From positions 64,420,001-64,484,000 of the forward strand of contig OZ076409.1 in NCBI GenBank assembly GCA_964187785.1: a stretch of DNA of 64,000 nucleotides, written 5' to 3'. Of the stretch, positions 48,969 through 62,357 are shown one piece after another. Source of the stretch: Amphiscolops sp. MND2022 (lineage: Eukaryota). Each line of letters opens with the position of its first letter. The stretch's first letter is position 1. Under the pieces are notes generated by a model. That model made no database searches and was not told the DNA's origin. It worked only from the letters and a program-made list of their open reading frames with translations. A program made the translations under genes and the position numbers.

Positions 48969-49251
48969 TGTACTGACCTACATTAAAAACCAATACTATT
49001 TAGATGTTTATAGAATGTTCTAGAATGTACATTTATTTAATATTGAATGACTGTAAAACTCTACTCCTTCAGAGAGAGAAAACTAATATTCAGTATTTAG
49101 TCGACTTCCTTTCTTCTTTCTTTCAGACCTCCAAGCTTTATTAGAGTTAGCTGGCTAGCATCGATCTAAGTAGTCTTGTCTTAATACTTAGACCTGTACC
49201 ATCTAGATACAAGACCGCTAACTAAAACATACAACTCTTTAAAGCAGCACA
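48969..49251 (+). repeat. Gypsy 3' LTR
   Basis: 283 bp, preceded by purine-rich AAAACCGGGATGGA (PPT-like, 48955-48968), followed by TSD GCAG. Confidence 0.95.
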
Positions 49252-52200
49252 GCAGATAGCGCTTAAAACTTGGTACCATTGAAGATGCTCATTAGTGATG
49301 AGTTATCAAAAGATGCGAAGCCCTCAGATAGTTGTCTGGTCTATGTATCCCAAGCAATACGCAGCAATCATCAACGTCATCGAATGTTTCCCCTCATGAC
49401 ATCTTCATGCTCTGACAAGACACCAATCTGTCATCATCGGGCTGATGGAACTCATCAAATTTGCCAAAAGAGGCGAAGATGCAGACTCTAGAAAAGATCT
49501 CGAGAAGTATGATCTTGACCCTCAACTATTATTTTTTCATCAATTGCGAAGCAGCGTCAATAAAACAAATCTTACAGTGAGTGCCTGAATGTAGGAAATG
49601 ATAGTTTGATAGGGGTTACAGGCTGTTTTTTAAATGTACAAATAGTACATGAAGTAAAGGACATCGAAAAACAACTAAGCACAAGGAGTTTAGACGGGCC
49701 GTTAAAAGCATACGTTATTGCCAAACCATCAGAATACAAGCTCAACCACCATTGATGTCTTGTAGTGTCTGCAGTGTCACGTTGAGATCGAACGCTTACG
49801 TTCTACATTCCAAACGTCTGAGCTAACACACCATCAACTTAGAGCAGATAGCGCTTCAACTTTTGTATTATTGATGTCGCCCATTAATGATTGGAGTGTT
49901 CGAAAGATGCGACGCCCTCAGATAGTTCCCTGGTCTATGTATCCCAAAGAATACGAAGCAATCATCAACGTCATCGAACGTTTCCCCTCATGACATCTTC
50001 ATGCTCTGACAAGACACCAATCTGTCATCATCGGGCTGATGGAACTCATCAAATTTGCCAAAAGAGGCGAAGATGCAGACTCTAGAAAAGATCTCTAGAA
50101 GTATGATCTTGACCCTCAACTATTATTTTTTCATCAATTGCGAAGCAGCGTCAATAAAACAAATCTTACAGTGAGTGCCTGAATGTTGGAAATGATAGTT
50201 TGATAGGGGTTACAGGCTGTTTTTTGAATGTACAAAAAGTACATGAAGTAAAGGACATCGAAAAACAACTAAGCACAAGGAGTTTAGACGGCCGTTAAAA
50301 GCATACGTTATTGCCAAACCATCAGAATACAAGTTCAACCACCATTGATGTCTAGTAGTGTCTGCAGTGTCACGTTGAGATCGAACGCTTACATTCGACA
50401 TTCCAAACGTCTGAGCTAACACACAATCAACTTAGAGCAGATAGCGCTTAAACCTTGGTACCATTGAAGTTGCTCATTAGTGATGAGTTATCAGTAGATG
50501 CGAAGCCCTCAGATAGTTGTCTGGTCTATGTATCCCAAGCAGTACGCACGAATCATCAACGTCATCGAATGTTTCACCTCATGACATCTTCATGCTCTGA
50601 CAAGACACCAATCTGTCATCATTGGGCTAATGGAACTCATCAAAATTGCCAAAAAAGGCGAAGATGCAGACTCTAGAAAAGATCTCTAGAAGTATGATCT
50701 TGACCTTCAACTATTATTTTTTCACCAATTGCGAAGCAGCGTCAATAAAACAAATCTTGCAGTGAGTGCCTGAATGTTGAAAATGATAGTTTGATAGGGG
50801 TTACAGGCTGTTTTTCGAAAGAACAAAAAGTACATGAAGTAAAGGACAACGAAAAACAACTAACCACAAGGATTTCAGACGAGCCGATAGAAGCATACGT
50901 TATTGCCAAACCATCAGAATACAAGCTCAACCACCATTGATGTCTAGTAGTGTCTGCAGTGTCACGTTGAGATCGAACGCTTACATTCGACATTCCAAAA
51001 GTCTGAGCTAACAAACAATCAACTTAGCGCAGTTAGCGCTTCAACTTTTGTATTATTGAAGGCCTATTAATGATTGGAGTGATCGATAGATGCGACGCCC
51101 TCAGATAGTTGCCTGGTCTATGTACACCAAGGAGTACGAAGCAATCATCAACGTCATCGAAGGTTTCCCCTCACCTTCATGCTCTGACCAGACACCCATC
51201 TGTCATCATCGTGCTGATGAAAATCATCAATTTTGCCAAAAGAGGCGAAGATGCAGACTCTAGAAATGATCTCTAGAAGTATGATCTTGACCTTCAACTA
51301 TTATTTTTTCATCAATTGCCAAGCAGCGTCAATAAAGCAAAACTTACAGTGAGTGCCTGAATGTTGAAAATGATAGTTTGATAGGGGTTACATGCTGTTT
51401 TTCAAATGTACAAAAATTACAGGAAGTAAAGGACATCGAAAAACAACTAACCACAAGGAGTTTAGACGGGCCGTTAAAAGCATACGTTATTGCCAAACCA
51501 TCAGAAAACAAGCTCAAGCACCATTGATATCTGGTGGTGTCTGCAGTGTCACGTCGAGATCGAACGCTTACATTCGACATTCCAAAAGTCTGAGCTAACA
51601 CAAAATCAACTTAGCGCAGTTAGCGCTTCAACTTTTGTATTATTGAAGGCCTATTAATGATTGGAGTGTTCGATAGATGCGACGCCCTCAGATAGCTGTC
51701 TGGTCTATGTACTCCAAAGAGTACGAAGCAATCATCAACGTCATCGAAGGTTTCCCCTCATGATATCTTCATGCTCTGACCAGACATCCATCTGTCATCA
51801 TCGGGCTGATGAAAGTCATCAATTTTGCCAAAAGAGGGGAAGATGCAGACTCTAGAAATATCTCTAGAAGTATGATCTTGACCTTCAACTATTATTTTTT
51901 CATCAATTGCGAAGCAGCGTCAATAAAGCAAATCTTACAGTGAGTGCCTGAATGTTGAAAATGAGAGTTTGATAGGGGTTACATGCTGTTTTTCAAATGT
52001 ACAAAAATTACATGAAGTAAAGGACATCGAAAAACAACTAACCACAAGGAGTTTAGACGGGCCGTTAAAAGCATACGTTATTGCCAAACCATCAGAATAC
52101 AAGCTCAACCACCATTGATGTCTGGTGGTGTCTGCAGTGTCACGTTGAGATCGAACGCTCACATTCGACGTTCCAAAAGTCTGAGCTAACACAAAATCAA

Positions 52201-55200
52201 CTTAGCGCAGTTAGAGCTTCAACTTTGTATTATTGAAGTCGCCCAATAATGATTGGAGTGTTCGATAGATGCGACGCCCTCAGATAGCTGTCTGGTCTAT
52301 GTATCCCAAAGAATACGAAGCAATCATCAATGTCATCGAAGGTTTCCCCTCATGACACCTTCATGCTCTGACCAGACACCCATCTGTCATCATCGGGCTG
52401 ATGAAAGTCATCAATTTTGCCAAAAGAGGCGAAGATGCAGACTCTAGAAATGATCTCTAGAAGTATGATCTTGACCTTCAACTATTATTTTTTCATCAAT
52501 TGCGAAGCAGCGTCAATAAAGCAAATCTTACAGTGAGTGCCTGAATGTTGAAAATGATAGTTTGATAGGGGTTACATGCTGTTTTTCAAATGTACAAAAA
52601 TTACATGAAGTAAAGGACATCGAAAAACAACTAACCACAAGGAGTTTAGACGGGCCGTTAAAAGCATACGTTATTGTCAAACCATCAGAATACAAGCTCA
52701 ACCACCATTGATGTCTGGTGGTGTCTGCAGTGTCACGTTGAGATCGAACGCTTACATTCGACGTTTCAAAAGTCTGAGCTAACACAAAATCAACTTAGCG
52801 CAGTTAGAGCTTCAACTTTTGTATTATTGAAGTCGCCCATTAATGACTGGAGTGTTCGATATATGCGACGCCCTCAGATAGCTGTCTGGTCTATGTATCC
52901 CAAAGAATACGAAGCAATCATCAACATCATCGAAGGTTTCCCCTCATGACACCTTCATGCTCTGACCAGACACCCATCTGTCATCATCGGGCTGATGGAA
53001 ATCATCAATTTTGCCAAAAGAGGCGAAGATGCAGACTCTAGAAATGATCTCTAGAAGTATGATCTTGACCTTCAACTATTATTTTTTCATCAATTGCGAA
53101 GCAGCGTCAATAAAGCAAATCTTACAGTGAGTGCCTGAATGTTGAAAATATAGTTTGATAGGGGTTACATGCTGTTTTTCAAATGTACAAAAATTACATG
53201 AAGTAAAGGACATCGAAAAACAACTAACCACAAGGAGTTTAGACGGGCCGTTAAAAGCATACGTTATTGCCAAACCATCAGAATACAAGCTCAACCACCA
53301 TTGATGTCTGGTGGTGTCTGCAGTGTCACGTTGAGATAGAACGCTCACATTCGACGTTCCAAAAGTCTGAGCTAACACACAATCAACTTAGCGCAGTTAG
53401 AGGTTCAACTTTTGTTTTATTGAAGTCGCCCATTAATGATTGGAGTGTTCGATAGATGCGACGCCCTCAGATAGCTGTCTGGTCTATGTACTCCAAGGAG
53501 TACGAAGCAATCATCAACGTCATCGAAGGTTTCCCCTCATGACACCTTCATGCTCTGACCAGACACCCATCTGTCATCATCGGGCTGATGAAAGTCATCA
53601 ATTTTGCCAAAAAGAGGCGAAGATGCAGACTCTAGAAATGATCTCTAGAAGTATGATCTTGACCTTCAAATATTATTTTTTCATCAATTGCGAAGCAGCG
53701 TCAATAAAGCAAATCTTACAGTGAGTGCTTGAATGTTGAAAATGATAGTTTGATAGGGGTTACATGCTGTTTTTCAAATGTACAAAAATTACATGAAGTA
53801 AAGGACATCGAAAAACAACTAACCACAAGGAGTTTAGACGGGCCGTTAAAAGCATACGTTATTGTCAAACCATCAGAATACAAGCTCAACCACCATTGAT
53901 GTCTGGTGGTGTCTGCAGTGTCACGTTGAGATCAAACGCTTACATTCGACGTTCCAAAAGTCTGAGCTATCACAAAATCAACTTAGCGCAGTTAGAGCTT
54001 CAACTTTTGTATTATTGAAGTCGCCCATTAATGACTGGAGTGTTCGATAGATGCGACGCCCTCAGATAGCTGTCTGGTTGATGTACTCCAAGGAGTACGA
54101 AGCAATCATCAACGTCATCGAAGGTTTCCCCTCATGACACCTTCATGCTCTGACCAGACACCTTATCTGTCATCATCGGGCTGATGAAAATCATCAATTT
54201 TGCCAAAAGAGGCGAAGATGCAGACTGTAGAAATGATCTCCAGAAAGATGATCTTGACCTTCAACTATTATTTTTTCATCAATTGCCGAGCAGCGTCAAG
54301 AAAGCAAATCTTACAGTGAGTGCCTGAATGTTGAAAATGATAGTTTGATAGGGGTTACATGCTGTTTTTCAAATGTACAAAAATTACATGAAGTAAAGGA
54401 CATCGAAAAACAACTAACCACAAGGAGTTTAGACGGGCCGTTAAAAGCATACGTTATTGCCAAACCATCAGAAAACAAGCTCAAGCACCATTGATATCTG
54501 GTGGTGTCTGCAGTGTCACGTCGAGATCGAACGCTTACATTCGACATTCCAAAAGTCTGAGCTAACACAAAATCAACTTAGCGGAGTTAGCGCTCCAATT
54601 TTTGTATTATTGAAGGCCTATTAATGATTGGAGTGTTCGATAGATGCGACGCCCTCAGATAGCTGTCTGGTCTATGTACTCCAAGGAGTACGAAGCAATC
54701 ATCAACGTCATCGAAGGTTTCCCCTCATGACACCTTCATGCTCTGACCAGACACCCATTTGTCATCATCGGGCTAATGAAAGTCATCAATTTTGCCAAAA
54801 GAGGCGAAGATGCAGACTCTAGAAATGATCTCTAGAAGTATGATCTTGACCTTCAACTACTATTTTTTCATCAATTGCGAAGCAGCGTCAACAAAGCAAA
54901 TTTTACAGTCAGTGCCTGAATGTTGAAAATGATAGTTTGATAGGGGTTACATGCTGTTTTTCAAATGTACAAAAATTACATGAAGTAAAGGACATCGAAA
55001 AACAACTAACCACAAAGAGTTTAGACGGGCCGTTAAAAGCATACGTTATTGCCAAACCATCAGAAAACAAGCTCAAGCACCATTGATATCTGGTGGTGTC
55101 TGCAGTGTCACGTCGAGATCGAACGCTTACATTCGACATTCCAAAAGTCTGAGCTAACACAAAATCAACTTAGCGGAGTTAGCGCTCCAATTTTTGTATT

Positions 55201-58200
55201 ATTGAAGGCCTATTAATGATTGGAGTGTTCGATAGATGCGACGCCCTCAGATAGCTGTCTGGTCTATGTACTCCAAGGAGTACGAAGCAATCATCAACGT
55301 CATCGAAGGTTTCCCCTCATGACACCTTCATGCTCTGACCAGACACCCATTTGTCATCATCGGGCTAATGAAAGTCATCAATTTGGCCAAAAGAGGCGAA
55401 GATGCAGACTCTAGAAATGATCTCTAGAAGTATGATCTTGACCTTCAACTACTATTTTTCATCAATTGCGAAGCAGCGTCAACAAAGCAAATCTTACAGT
55501 CAGTGCCTGAATGTTGAAAATGATAGTTTGATAGGGGTTACATGCTGTTTTTCAAATGTACAAAAATTACATGAAGTAAAGGACATCGAAAAACAACTAA
55601 CCACAAAGAGTTTAGACGGGCCGTTAAAAGCATACGTTATTGCCAAACCATCAGAATACAAGCTCAACCACCATTGATGTCTGGTGGTGTCTGCAGTGTC
55701 ACGTTGAGATCGAACGCTTACATTCGACGTTCCAAAGGTCTGAGCTAACACAAAATCAACTTAGCGGAGTTAGCGCTTCAACTTTTGTATTATTGAAGGC
55801 CTATTAATGATTGGAGTGTTCGATAGATTCGACGCCCTCAGATAGTTGCCTGGTCTATGTATCCCAAAGAATACGAAGCAATCATCAACGTCATCGAAGG
55901 TTTCCCCTCATGACGCCTTCATGCTCTGACCAGACACCCATCTGTCATCATCGGGCTGAAGAAAATCATCAATTTTGCCAAAAGAGGCGAAGATGCAGGC
56001 TCTAGAAATGATCTCTAGAAGTATGATCTTGACCTTCAACTATTATTTTTTCATCAATTGCGAAGCAGCGTCAATAAAGCAAATCTTACAGTGAGTGCCT
56101 GAATGTTGAAAATGATAGTTTGATAGGGGTTACATGCTGTTTTTCAAATGTACAAAAATTACATGAAGTAAAGGACATCGATAAACAACTAACCACAAGG
56201 AATTTAGACGGGCCGTTAAAAGCATACGTTATTGCCAAACCATCAGAACACAAGCTCAACCACCATTGATGTCTGGTGGTGTCTGCAGTGTCACGTTGAG
56301 ATCGAAGGCTTACATTCGACGTTCCAAAGGTCTGAGCTAACACAAAATCAACTTAGCGCAGTTAGCGCTTCAACTTTTGTATTATTGAAGGCCTATTATT
56401 GATTGGATTGTTCGATAGATGCGATGCCCTCAGATAGCTGTCTGGTCTATGTACTCCAAGGAGTACGAAGCAATCATCAACGTCATCGAAGGTTTCCCCT
56501 CATGACACCTTCATGCTCTGACCAGACACCCATCTGTCATCATCGGGCTGATGAAAGTCATCAATTTTGCCAAAAGAGGCGAAGATGCAGACTCTAGAAA
56601 TGATCTCTAGAAGTATGATCTTGACCTTCAACTATTATTTTTTCATCAATTGCGAAGCAGCGTCAATAAAGCAAATCTTACAGTGAGTGCCTGAATGTTG
56701 AAAATGATGGTTTGATAGGGGTTACATGCTGTTTTTCAAATGTACAAAAATTACATGAAGCAAAGGACATCGAAAAACAACTAACCACAAGGAGTTTAGA
56801 CGGGCCGTTAAAAGCATTCGTTATTGCCAAACCATCAGAATTCAAGCTCAACCACCATTGATGTCTGGTGGTGTCTGCAGTGTCACGTTGAGATCGAACG
56901 CTTACATTCGACGTTCCAAAGGTCTGAGCTAACACAAAATCAACTTAGCGCAGTTAGCGCTTCAACTTTTGTATTATTGAAGGCCTATTAATGATTGGAG
57001 TGTTCGATAGATGCGACGCCCTCAGATAGTTGCCTGGTCTATGTATCCCAAAGAATACGAAGCAATCATCAACGTCATCGAAGGTTTCCCCTCATGACAC
57101 CTTCATGCTCTGACCAGATACCCATCTGTCATCATCGGGCTGATGAAAATCATCAATTTTGCCAAAAGAGGCGAAGATGCAGACTCTAGAAATGATCTCT
57201 AGAAGTATGATCTTGACCTTCAACTATTTTTTTTTCATCAATTGCCAAGCAGCGTTAATAAAGCAAATCTTACAGTGAGTGCCTGAATGTTGAAAATGAT
57301 AGTTTGATAGGGGTTACATGCTGTTTTTCAAATGTACAAAAATTACATGAAGTAAAGGACATCGAAAAACAACTAACCACAAGGAGTTTAGGCGGGCCGT
57401 TAAAAGCATACGTTATTGCCAAACCATCAGAAAACAAGCTCAACCACCATTGATGTCTGGTGGTGTCTGCAGTGTCACGTTGAGATCGAACGCTTACATT
57501 CGACGTTCCAAAGGTCTGAGCTAACACAAAATCAACTTAGCGCAGTTAACGCTTCAACTTTTGTATTATTGAAGGCCTATTAATGATTGGAGTGTTCGAT
57601 AGATGCGACGCCCTCAGATAGTTGCCTGGTCTATGTATCCCAAAGAATACGAAGCAATCATCAACGTCATCGAAGGTTTCCCCTCATGACACCTTCATGC
57701 TCTGACCAGACACCCATCTGTCATCATCGGGCTGATGAAAATCATCAATTTTGCCAAAAGAGGCGAAGATGCAGACTCTAGAAATGATCTCTAGAAGTAT
57801 GATCTTGACCTTCAACTATTTTTTTTCATCAATTGCCAAGCAGCGTTAATAAAGCAAATCTTACAGTGAGTGCCTGAATGTTGAAAATGATAGTTTGATA
57901 GGGGTTACATGCTGTTTTTCAAATGTACAAAAATTACATGAAGTAAAGGACATCGAAAAACAACTAACCACAAGGAGTTTAGACGGGCCGTTAAAAGCAT
58001 ACGTTATTGCCAAACCATCAGAAAACAAGCTCAACCACCATTGATGTCTGGTGGTGTCTGCAGTGTCACGTTGAGATCGAACGCTTACATTCGACGTTCC
58101 AAAGGTCTGAGCTAACACAAAATCAACTTAGCGCAGTTAGCGCTTCAACTTTTGTATTATTGAAGGCCTATTATTGATTGGATTGTTCGATAGATGCGAT

Positions 58201-58993
58201 GCCCTCAGATAGCTGTCTGGTCTATGTACTCCAAGGAGTACGAAGCAATCATCAACGTCATCGAAGGTTTCCCCTCATGACACCTTCATGCTCTGACCAG
58301 ACACCCATCTGTCATCATCGGGCTGATGAAAGTCATCAATTTTGCCAAAAGAGGCGAAGATGCAGACTCTAGAAATGATCTCTAGAAGTATGATCTTGAC
58401 CTTCAACTATTATTTTTTCATCAATTGCGAAGCAGCGTCAATAAAGCAAATCTTACAGTGAGTGCCTGAATGTTGAAAATGATAGTTTGATAGGGGTTAC
58501 ATGCTGTTTTTCAAATGTACAAAAATTACATGAAGTAAAGGACATCGAAAACAACTAACCACAAGGAGTTTAGACGGGCCGTTAAAAGCATACGTTATTG
58601 TCAAACCATCAGAAAACAAGCTCAAGCACCATTGATATCTGGTGGTGTCTGCAGTGTCACGTCGAGATCGAACGCTTACATTCGACATTCCAAAAGTCTG
58701 AGCTAACACAAAATCAACTTAGCGAAGTTAGCGCTTCAACTTTTGTATTATTGAAGGCCTATTAATGATTGGAGTGTTCGATAGATGCGACGCCCTCAGA
58801 TAGCTGTCTAGTCTATGTACTACAAGGAGTACGAAGCAATCATCAACGTCAGCGAAGGTTTCCCCTCATGATACCTTCATGCTCTGACCAGACACCCTTC
58901 TGTCATCATCGGGCTGATGAAAGTCATCAATTTTGCCAAAAGAGGCGAAGATGCAGACTCTAGAAATGATCTCTAGAAGTATGATCTTGACCT
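49252..58993. repeat. Tandem satellite array, ~592-bp unit, ~16.5 copies
   Basis: Equivalent ORF-track positions recur at 51661, 52253, 54628, 55220, 55811, 56403, 56995, 57587, 58178, 58769 (period ~591-594); ends abruptly at ATGATCTTGACCT 58993. Confidence 0.98.
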
Positions 58994-60301
58994 CTTATAG
59001 TTTTTCAAAATCCTGGCATTAGAACAGTAACTTTTTAATTAGTTTAAGAACTACTTACCGCTCTTTTCACATATAATTGCATGCTTCAATTTATCCGAAT
59101 AACTCAAGTCGTTATTTTGCATTGGTTAGGTAATTTTCCTATCATTCACAAAGGAAGTATGTAATTTGTTCAAAATGCATAAATTATCTGTGGTTAATGG
59201 CTGCTTGAAAAGTGTAACTCTTGAATGCTGTAAATGTCACTTCAAAACGGATTGCACCAATTAGTCTTTTCTTTTATCATAGAGTGAAATGGTGGACCCA
59301 AGTACAAATAGGGACCCCAAGTACAAACTTCTAGCCCGCCTTTTTGCAACGCACAAACCTCTTCTAAACAAAAAGAAACAAGTTGATTTATTCACAAAAC
59401 AAGTGCATCTATAGTTATTTCTACACTCGAAGGCCACATAATTCCACTTCGAGTTTTTGTCTCGAAAATGGAATTTTCATTTCATTGGGCTGCGGAAAAT
59501 AACAAAAAACTTGTTCAATTGAAACTTCAGCAGAAAAGATCCTAGGCGCCTTTTATACGATTTTAGCTTGTTCCAATCTTGAAGTTTTGCTATTTTGGAA
59601 TGGAATATCGAAAATGGAGTCATTTTCTGCTTGAAGTGTCAAAACTGTAAAGACAATCCTCTAAGTAATTACATTCCTATAATATTCTCTTATTAGTAGA
59701 ATATTTTTATTCAAAAACAAAATGTGGTTTCGTGTTGGGGGTGGGAGTCTACCTGGGAGGGAAATAAGACACATGGTCCTCATTCGCTTTTTTCAAAAAA
59801 TTTTCGGACCATGGTTTTATTAAACATTCCTCAAACCCCTCCCCCCAAATACACTTTGTCCCCAACCCCATCCCCCCCAACACAAAAGCAACTTTTCTGC
59901 TTGAAAAAACTTCTTAGGCTAATGAAAAAAATTGATATATTTATAAGTACTTAGAAGATTGTCTATAGTTATTTCATCACTTCAAGCTAAAATTATCCGG
60001 ATTTTTTCGACATTTTTCTGACAAAAAAAGCGAAAATTCACCTCCGGAAAAAACAAATTGTATAGGGAAGCCCCTGTTTTACCGCAAATTTAATCTGCCA
60101 TAAATTAAAATAAGCAACTTTCAACTGTGAATTGATGTAAAAGTTAGGATTATGTCGACATCAATTATTTAATTTGTCCAAAATTTCAACAAAACGATTG
60201 TCGCAAACGATGTCGACATAATCGTATTCGTACCTTGTTTCTTATTCCCCCAGCGCGACGACATATGGTCCAGCTTTTGTTTTTCCGTGGTGTTGTTTCA
60301 G

Positions 60302-60637
60302 AAAACCAGCCCTGAAGACGAAAGATGTTCAAAAGAAGACGAGAAAGAGCCAGTGTCTGGTACAGTACCAGATGTTCTTCTGGATACATCCAAAAATTGG
60401 GAGTCTTTGGACGAGATGGAAAGACGCTTTATGAACAAAGTCAGTTTAGCGGAAGATGACGCCGATAAAATGGAGTTTGAACTGAGAATTTTGAAATCCG
60501 AAATTATAAACATGCGTAAACAGAATCGAAAACACACAAGCCAAATAAGGAAATGGAACCTGAACGAGCTTAGAGAGGAAGTGTACAAGTTATCAGAGCA
60601 GCAAGAACTCATAGAAAGAGCGATGCTACAAGACCAC
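60302..60637 (+). CDS. Internal exon encoding a coiled-coil segment (112 codons, phase 0-0)
   Basis: Acceptor ttgtttcag, donor CAC|gtgagt; ESLDEMERRFMNKVSLAEDDADKMEFELRILKSEIINMRKQN...LNELREEVYKLSEQQELIE heptads. Confidence 0.7.
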
Positions 60638-61539
60638 GTGAGTTAAAGTGAAACGCTTCTAGTGATGTGGTTTTAAAGAGTTCTTAAAACAATGAGAGAC
60701 GTTTTAACCAGAGCCCGGATTCTGGTGGGAGAAAATAAAAACGTTCGGAAAAGCGCACAAGAGCGCGCATAAATTACTTGAAAGTGTCCAAAAGGAAAAT
60801 TGGAATTCTTTCAATCATATTCCAGCAAAAAATAACAAGAAAGTTCAAATCTTGTCTTTTAGTCAAATGCTGTTTTTTTTAAGGGATATGACATTTGCTA
60901 TTCTCGGGAAAACGCTCTCGGTAACTGCTGAGCTCATGAGTGCTAACATGCACTTTGGTGCCAGTAGTGGCGAGAGGCACTTTCGTTTCAGACGTTTTTT
61001 CCATCCAGAACACATTTATTTTTTCAAATTATTTCATTTTTTCAAAGTCAAGATTTTGCCTGACTAAGAGTAGTAATTTTCCATTGTGAAGCTCCATGAG
61101 GGAAATATGCCATTGGTACACATCTATGATTGGCAATATCTGAACTTAGAAGAAACTTATTGCAGGAAATGCTTTTTGATTATGGTTTTATGGAAAAACA
61201 GGGATGATTGCTGCTCTTAGGTTTTTACACAAAAATCAGTCATCAACGTTGTGCAATATAATCTGATCCCAGTGGTGTTTCTCGACAACTCGTACCATAG
61301 TAGATCCTTGAATCACTCAAAGTGTTTTTTTGTGTTGAAATTGTCTGATCTTTCAAGGCTGAAATATGAGAATTAGAACAGATTCAAGAGACTTTTTTCA
61401 TTAGGGTCCGAGTATATTAAATTGTAATCTCGAGATCAAGGATTGGTTCCGAGTGATTGCTCCATTTGTGAGGTTTATGTCACATTTGTAGACTGCCTTC
61501 CAGCTTTGGTAAACATAGCGCTGTCGCACACTATTTAAT

Positions 61540-62340
61540 CACTTTCCAATTGGTCGTTGAAGAAGTTCAGTGCCGGTAGTTTTTTCGAACAAACACTTTC
61601 CAGGATTAGAACACCTCCGTCTTGGAATTTGTGGGTACTTTCGAGGTCGCGAAGAATAAATGTCTATCGAGCAAATGTCTATCGAAAGACCATAGGTTGT
61701 TATCATCTTCATTCTGTAACCAAGTTCCAAATAGTGTGTATTTTGTATTAGATCTGGAGTTTCTCATCGTTTTCATTGCGTTTAGTTTTAATTTGAGGTT
61801 TTGACAGTTCATAGTTACAGGTTTCAGACGGTCATGGTGGTTTTTGTGGAACTTACTTTGCTCAGTCGTAGCTGATGCAAGTTCCGGGCTTTCTTCTATG
61901 TCGCCCCGCCGCAAAAGTTTTTGATTGAACATTTTCGCTCTATGAGGTCCGATGAATCTATTTCTAACATTGACTCGAATCAATTAGTTAGGTTTGATGA
62001 ATCTTTCGTAACGTGGGCTGTTGAAAAATTGTTTATAAAAGTATATATTTGACAAAGATCGTCAGCATTCAATAGTTTCAGTGTTAAGAAAGATAAGGAA
62101 ACATTGCACGGATACCCACGCATTTAGTAGTAGGTTAGAATTGGCATATCAAAAGTTAGAACATAGCCTTGTATAGCATGTTACATGATTGAGGTATATT
62201 TGGAAGAGATCACAAGATCAGTAGCAAAGATAATTAAAAGAACATTCTCTTGTGACTCATCAAACAATTTTAGGTTCAGGACTTTCAAATCAATTTTGCA
62301 ACTTTTCATCTGCTATTTTTGATTCAAGTTGATTCCATAA
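61540..62340 (-). pseudogene. Possible very old Gypsy integrase C-terminal fragment
   Basis: NRFIGPHR...HHDRLKP resembles the GPY/F...HxDRLK pattern; otherwise heavily decayed. Confidence 0.35.
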
Positions 62341-62357
62341 CGTTTGCAGAAGAGGTG

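Larger units (their letters stand above)
23769..49251 (+). mobile_element. Large env-bearing Ty3/Gypsy (Metaviridae-like) LTR retrotransposon, defective
   Basis: 283-bp TG...CA LTRs, 4-bp TSD GCAG (23765-23768, 49252-49255), PBS, purine-rich tract, and gag-PR-(RT deleted)-RNaseH-IN order followed by env-like and extra ORFs; 25483 bp with, 17261 bp without the nested BEL. Confidence 0.95.

Noticed and set aside
49252..58993. Repeated 64-aa and 85-aa ORFs as a tandem gene family, or the array as 5S/snRNA/histone genes
   Set aside because: ORFs begin at non-ATG codons, are frameshifted in several units and recur only because of the repeat; no recognisable 5S, snRNA or histone sequence.
59280..60085. 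Possible TIR element with duplicated GGACCC(C)AAGTACAAA
   Set aside because: Inverted end too degenerate and no TSD identified.
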